A stretch of 64,000 nucleotides of DNA from Nageia nagi (taxonomy: Eukaryota; Plantae; Pinophyta). Both the position numbers and the translations under genes were made by a program. The notes under the pieces are model-generated. The model saw nothing but the letters and a program-made list of their open reading frames with translations. It was not told where the DNA came from and did not search any database. This document shows, piece by piece, positions 59,538-64,000 of this stretch; within the stretch, counting starts at the first letter, position 1, and the number at the start of each line of letters is the position of its first letter. The DNA is taken from assembly GCA_050084985.1 (NCBI GenBank), contig JBITNC010000001.1:180110001-180174000 (forward strand). The letters are read 5' to 3'.

Positions 59538-60451
59538 GATCCAAGGTGGTCTTATTTTTGGAGAATTGAAATTTTGAGAAAAAGTAAAAAAAAAATTTAA
59601 GAGAAAAATTTGAAAATTTTGTACAACTCTTTAACAAAGCTAATACAAAATGGTGACTTGAAGACTAAAGTCATTTTGTCATTTGTGGAGTTGTGAATTG
59701 GATTTTTTTGTGGCTTTCTTTTATAATTTTAATGCTTTCACGTCTTTATTTTAAAACTCACGAGATTTAGGAAAAAATGTTGAAAATTCTCTAAAGCATT
59801 TGAATTACTCTTAGATTGTTACTTGTCCATCACTCGCACAAAAAATAAACATATTCTGAATCTACTTTCTTTCTATGCCATCTGATTTGAAAACTTTCAT
59901 TCAAAACAAGTTAGCAAACGTTTGTTCCAAGCTAAGTTCTTTTGATTGCATTGTTCCTGTTCATGGAGTACCGACAATCAACCTTGCTTTATGCTCTACC
60001 TTTGAAGATAATTTGGATTCGTGTCATTTACTTCAAACTAGATTGACTGAAGGAAACCTTCTTGATTGATTTGGAATGAATCTAATTTAGACAATTCTTT
60101 ATTGTGGTGAATATTATATTAACGTATTCTCTTTTTATTTGCTTATTTTCCTTTTCTTGCTTTCTGTTTTTAAAAAAAATACAACAACTTTCAGTTATTG
60201 CATAAACACCACAATCCCTAAAAACAAACATGAGTTAACATCTACTACCTCCCTTAATCCACTGAACTGATTCCGAAGAACAAAGTTATAAAATTGAGCT
60301 ACCTTTAAAACGGGAATTCGAATAAGCCTTGGGGTTTCAGTTCTTTCAAGAGGAGATAGGTAACACTAGTCTCACCACAGTGTTGGGACCCCTTTCCCAT
60401 TCATTCATCCCCCATACGAGCCTTGTTAGAGGAAAGACTTTTGTCCCAACA

Positions 60452-62070
60452 AAGTCTTTCCAAACTTGTGCCCTCTTTCTGTTTCCAACTCTCCAAAAAA
60501 GGCCTTTCTGTATAATAAGAGCTTCTTTCTTCAATGCTTTCCAGACCTTTGATCCTCTCCCATTGATTGGAAGGCGGGGCAAGTCTTCTCTTGTATGCAT
60601 AGGATACTATTTTGTTGTTAAAATTTTGTTCCATAGTTGGTTTGGGTTCGTTATCCATCTCCAATATAGTTTTCCAGTTAGAGCTTGATTTTTTATGACC
60701 ATTGCTCTTATTCCTTATTCTCCTATCTCTTTTATCCCAACTAACTAGTGCCATTTTTCTTCTCGCCCTTTTCCCTTGACCATAGAAATTTCCTCATCAC
60801 CCTATTCAGGTCCTTCAAAACACTTTTTGGAGCTGCTATGATTGAAAATTTATAGACTCACATTGCTTGAAGACTGCTATGATTGAAAAAGTAGTTTACT
60901 TTTATTTGTTCACTAATCTTTACCCTTTAGGCTTTTGGCCATGAGAGGGATACTTAGATATTCTAGAGATAGAGCAGCCGCCGAAAATCTTACTATATTA
61001 GTGATTCTCTCACAATCTTTTTTGTCACATTGAAGAACACCACCTTAGATTTGCCTTCATTCAATAGTTGTCTTGTAGCTGTTATGTAATAGTGCAACAA
61101 ATCTTTGATGCTAGTTGCTTCTCATCATGTTACTTCTCTCCACATCCTTTTGTCATCCATGAATTGGAGGTGAGTGAGGTCAATGTTAGAACCTATACTT
61201 ATTCTTGTTATGGTGGTTTTTGCCTTCCTTTTCTTGATGAGTCTCTCCAAGCCTTTTGCATATAGGATGAATAAGTAAGATGATATGGAATCTCCTTGCT
61301 TGGCCTTGTCCATGGCCTTCTACAAAATTACAAATAACCCATTGGTGATTTTTCTTGAATGCCAACAATGCAAAGGACGTTCACCAACTGTTCAAATACC
61401 TAAATATATGAAAGAAAAAAGTATTAAAAGCTTGATGTTCTCAAAAAGATTAAAAAAATTAAAATCAACTATTACTAATTTGGATGATTTCATGTGAAGT
61501 CTTCCAAAAACCTTCATAAAAAAATATTTTTGTAACAAGGAAGGCTTCTTCTAAGGTAGAAAAAGAGGTTTCTATCCATTCCTGACAAACAAACACCTTG
61601 TTCAACCCTACCCTTACGGAATAAAGGCTTTGGAAGTGAGGAAGTTGGTGGCAAATTGTGTGACACTAGGTTGAAGTTTGAACAATCTCCCTCCCATTTG
61701 TATTTTGTCTCATTAAGTTGAGAATCCACAAATGATTATAAATGAATTTTGTAATTTGTTTTGCATTGTCCATCACTTTTTGACTCAACCTATTTTTCCA
61801 ATATCCTCCACTATAAAGTCAATGCAATGGGTTGCACAAGAAGTCATAAAAATGATAGGAAACTACAAGAAGTTTTCTTGGTGTGATATATGTTGTTGCA
61901 TTGCCTGTGATAATTTGGACCACATTTTGTGGCTCGACCTCCAGTATGGTATCCTCAAGCAAGGTGAACAATTTTCATCTAGTTTTTATCTTGTCTGATG
62001 CATGTACTTATTTCAAAAACACTAGGCCCCTTGTTGAAGCAACCAAAAACTTGATGAGTATCTGGCCTCT
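60452..62070 (-). mobile_element. L1-type LINE ORF2 (RT region), upstream part of the split LINE
   Basis: QGDSISSYLFILYAKGL, THLQFMDD, ALVSWDK and FWRVGN motifs; heavily decayed. Confidence 0.85.
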
Positions 62071-62229
62071 TCCATCCATCCATCCATCCATCAAACATAA
62101 TAATGCAGCCCTTCCCCATCAAAGATCCGTCCATTCACCAAATGGTCCTTGATAGTCATCATATGTTGGGGTTTGAACCCCACACAATAAATTGTCAATG
62201 TGTTCACTATAGCCTTATTGTATGGTAAC

Positions 62230-63405
62230 CTTGTAGCATTTAATGGAATATTGTTAAAATGTCAAAAAATTGCCATTGCTTTTCTTGCCTTTGCATGCTT
62301 TTGCTTGTTTCAGCTGGTTGCCTCAAGTGATTGTTGGCCACTTGAACTGTTATGAGGAATAAAAAGTGAACTGGCAATAAATTGTGATTGCGAGGTAGAA
62401 TCAACTACAAAGTAGCCATAATGGTACCTAGGCCTAACGCTACTCTTAGTGGCACCAAGCATAGAAGCTGAAGTGGCATAAATGCTACCCTTTTTTTTGC
62501 CTTGGTTTTCTGCTTTTGCTCCTTGAGAATGAAGGCACTCATCTCTTGCATTACCTCTAGTTCTCTATTTGAAATGCGGGCAAGATAGTATTCAACATAG
62601 TTGATCCCACCATGTATATCTTTGCTGTATTAGTTGCATTCCAATTGCCTGCCCATTTCCTTGCAGTGTTTACAACTTTCCATTCAAGGTCTCTTTCTAT
62701 ATGTATTTTTTCCTCTTAAATTTTAAATTGCATCATTATGATTAAAGAAAATAAATTACAAACTCAGTTGTAGAAAAAAACAGTCTCAGAAAAAAAAACA
62801 GCTTTAGGAAAAGAAAACGCAGGCTTAATAAAGAAAAACTCACTAGTCACTTGTTAGGGTTGTGGTATATGATTTCGATATCGGTACTCTGTAGGTTGGA
62901 AGTTGCTCTATTGCGTTTCTGCCAGTGCAGCCAAATAATTTGCACACAAATTACTGAGTAATTGACCCTGCAAATAATCGCCAAATATTCAGCCAAACTT
63001 GCATATTCCTACATTTTTGCCTGCGCAGATGAATAATTTGCATGTTATTAGCGAATCACCAAATAATTGGCCTTATTGAAAAATTCCGCAAAAATCACAT
63101 ATACTCTTCCATTTTTGCTAGCGAAGCCAAATAATTTGTGTGGGATTGACGGATAGCTGAATAATTGGCTTCTCAAATAATTGCCAAGTACTCAGCAAAA
63201 ATCGCATATTCTTATGTTTTTGCCAGTGCAGCTGAATAATTTGCGTAGGATTCACAAATTGTCAAATAATTGAAAAATATTTGGCAAAAATCGTATATTC
63301 TGGAATATGAGATTTTTACCGAATTTTCCATTGATTATCTGTCTGACCTGATTTGATGAACAATTGGTTAAATAATCTGATTATTCATTGAATTTCTTAA
63401 CACTG
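62230..63405 (-). mobile_element. hAT DNA transposon 5' remnant (BED finger, subterminal repeats, possible TIR)
   Basis: Minus strand CN*YSKDIHGGINYVEYYLARI resembles the hAT BED motif GGINRLKYHLA at ~62570-62640. A minus-strand CAGTGTT start is at 63405. Confidence 0.6.
62916..63300. repeat. ~100-bp tandem repeat, ~4 copies
   Basis: TTTTTGCCAGTGCAGCCAAATAATTTG units at ~62916, 63014, 63112 and 63217. Confidence 0.8.
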
Positions 63406-63490
63406 TGGAATAGTCAAATTGCCAATTTGCTGTTGCGCTCATTACTTTAGGCATCTTGTCACGTGATTTTTAAGGAATTACACAATTTCA

Positions 63491-63700
63491 GAATTTCTCC
63501 TTCATGATGGAGTTGAAGCTATAAGTGGGCAGTGAGTCCAACAAGGAAGACAGCTTTGGAAGAAGATATTTTTATAGAAGGCAACAAAAAATGAATTATA
63601 CAATTTCTTCTTCATGATGGAGTTGTTGAAGCTATAAGTAGGCAGTGAGTCCAGCAAGTAAGAAAGTTTTGGAAGAAGACATTTTCATAGAAGGCAATGA
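63491..63700. repeat. ~110-bp tandem duplication
   Basis: TTCATGATGGAGTTG...GCAGTGAGTCCA...GGAAGAAGA...ATAGAAGGCAA occurs twice. Confidence 0.8.
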
Positions 63701-64000
63701 AAACACTGTTTTGGGTCAAGTTCTGTACTTGTACGAATGCTAGTTCAGGAAAGTTTCTGTTCTTTATTATTTTGTTTTTAATAGAGTTTCACCGATAGGA
63801 TATGTATTATTTCTATAATAATAATAGTTTCTTTATTCTAGAAAAGTAATCCATTTAAATTTTTTTCTCAAGATCACTACTTGCAGTTTCTGCTTATTGC
63901 CTAATGTTTGCCTAGTCCCCCTTGTTTTAGTGATAGTTCATGTAGGACACATTACATTTTCCGTATATTAGGAAATTAGATAGATCATTTGAAACTAAGA

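Larger units (their letters stand above)
43959..60451 (+). mobile_element. Giant solo-LTR-like unit (~7.2 kb net) with tandem array and long ORF, plus two nested inserts
   Basis: TGTTGTG...CCCAACA termini and TSD GAGTC/AAGTC. The LINE frame rejoins across it (RVGNRKRAQVWK|DS*DHFP). It has no second LTR, PBS or gag-pol of its own. Confidence 0.8.
42313..64000 (+). other. FIO1 intron 4 (>21.6 kb, TE-filled, extends beyond the window)
   Basis: The CDS has no stop at the exon-4 donor, and no downstream FIO1 C-terminal exon was recognised in the window. Confidence 0.7.

Overview
Eukaryotic plant nuclear DNA, AT-rich and CpG-depleted. The repeat content and intron sizes suggest a large-genome gymnosperm/conifer; this is an inference. 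About 90% of the window is decayed transposable elements. Bases 1-39.7 kb are a deep nest of LTR retrotransposons: four copies plus an LTR fragment of one Ty1/Copia family ('A'), two Tat/Ogre-type Ty3/Gypsy elements, two chromovirus-like Gypsy-related elements and a second Copia ('B'). The only host gene is FIO1/METTL16 (U6 snRNA/mRNA m6A methyltransferase). Its exons 1-4 lie at 40032-42312, followed by an intron longer than 21 kb that runs off the window. That intron holds an L1 LINE split by a 16.5-kb TG..CA insertion with a 5-bp TSD. Once two nested inserts are removed, the insertion is a ~7.2-kb solo-LTR-like unit with no gag/pol, carrying a ~183-bp tandem array and a decayed ~1,100-codon ORF upstream of a TATA box. 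A related 2.9-kb unit with the same layout (palindrome array, ORF, TATA-like motif) is nested inside it. These ORF-carrying solo-LTR-like units are the best candidate for an undescribed system. Other highlights are a predicted ~2.7-kb spliceosomal intron in the family-A Copia leader containing a captured tRNA-Pro fragment, and a Copia whose two LTRs are identical in one half but ~12% diverged in the other. All coordinates were read by eye; boundaries of old elements are approximate.
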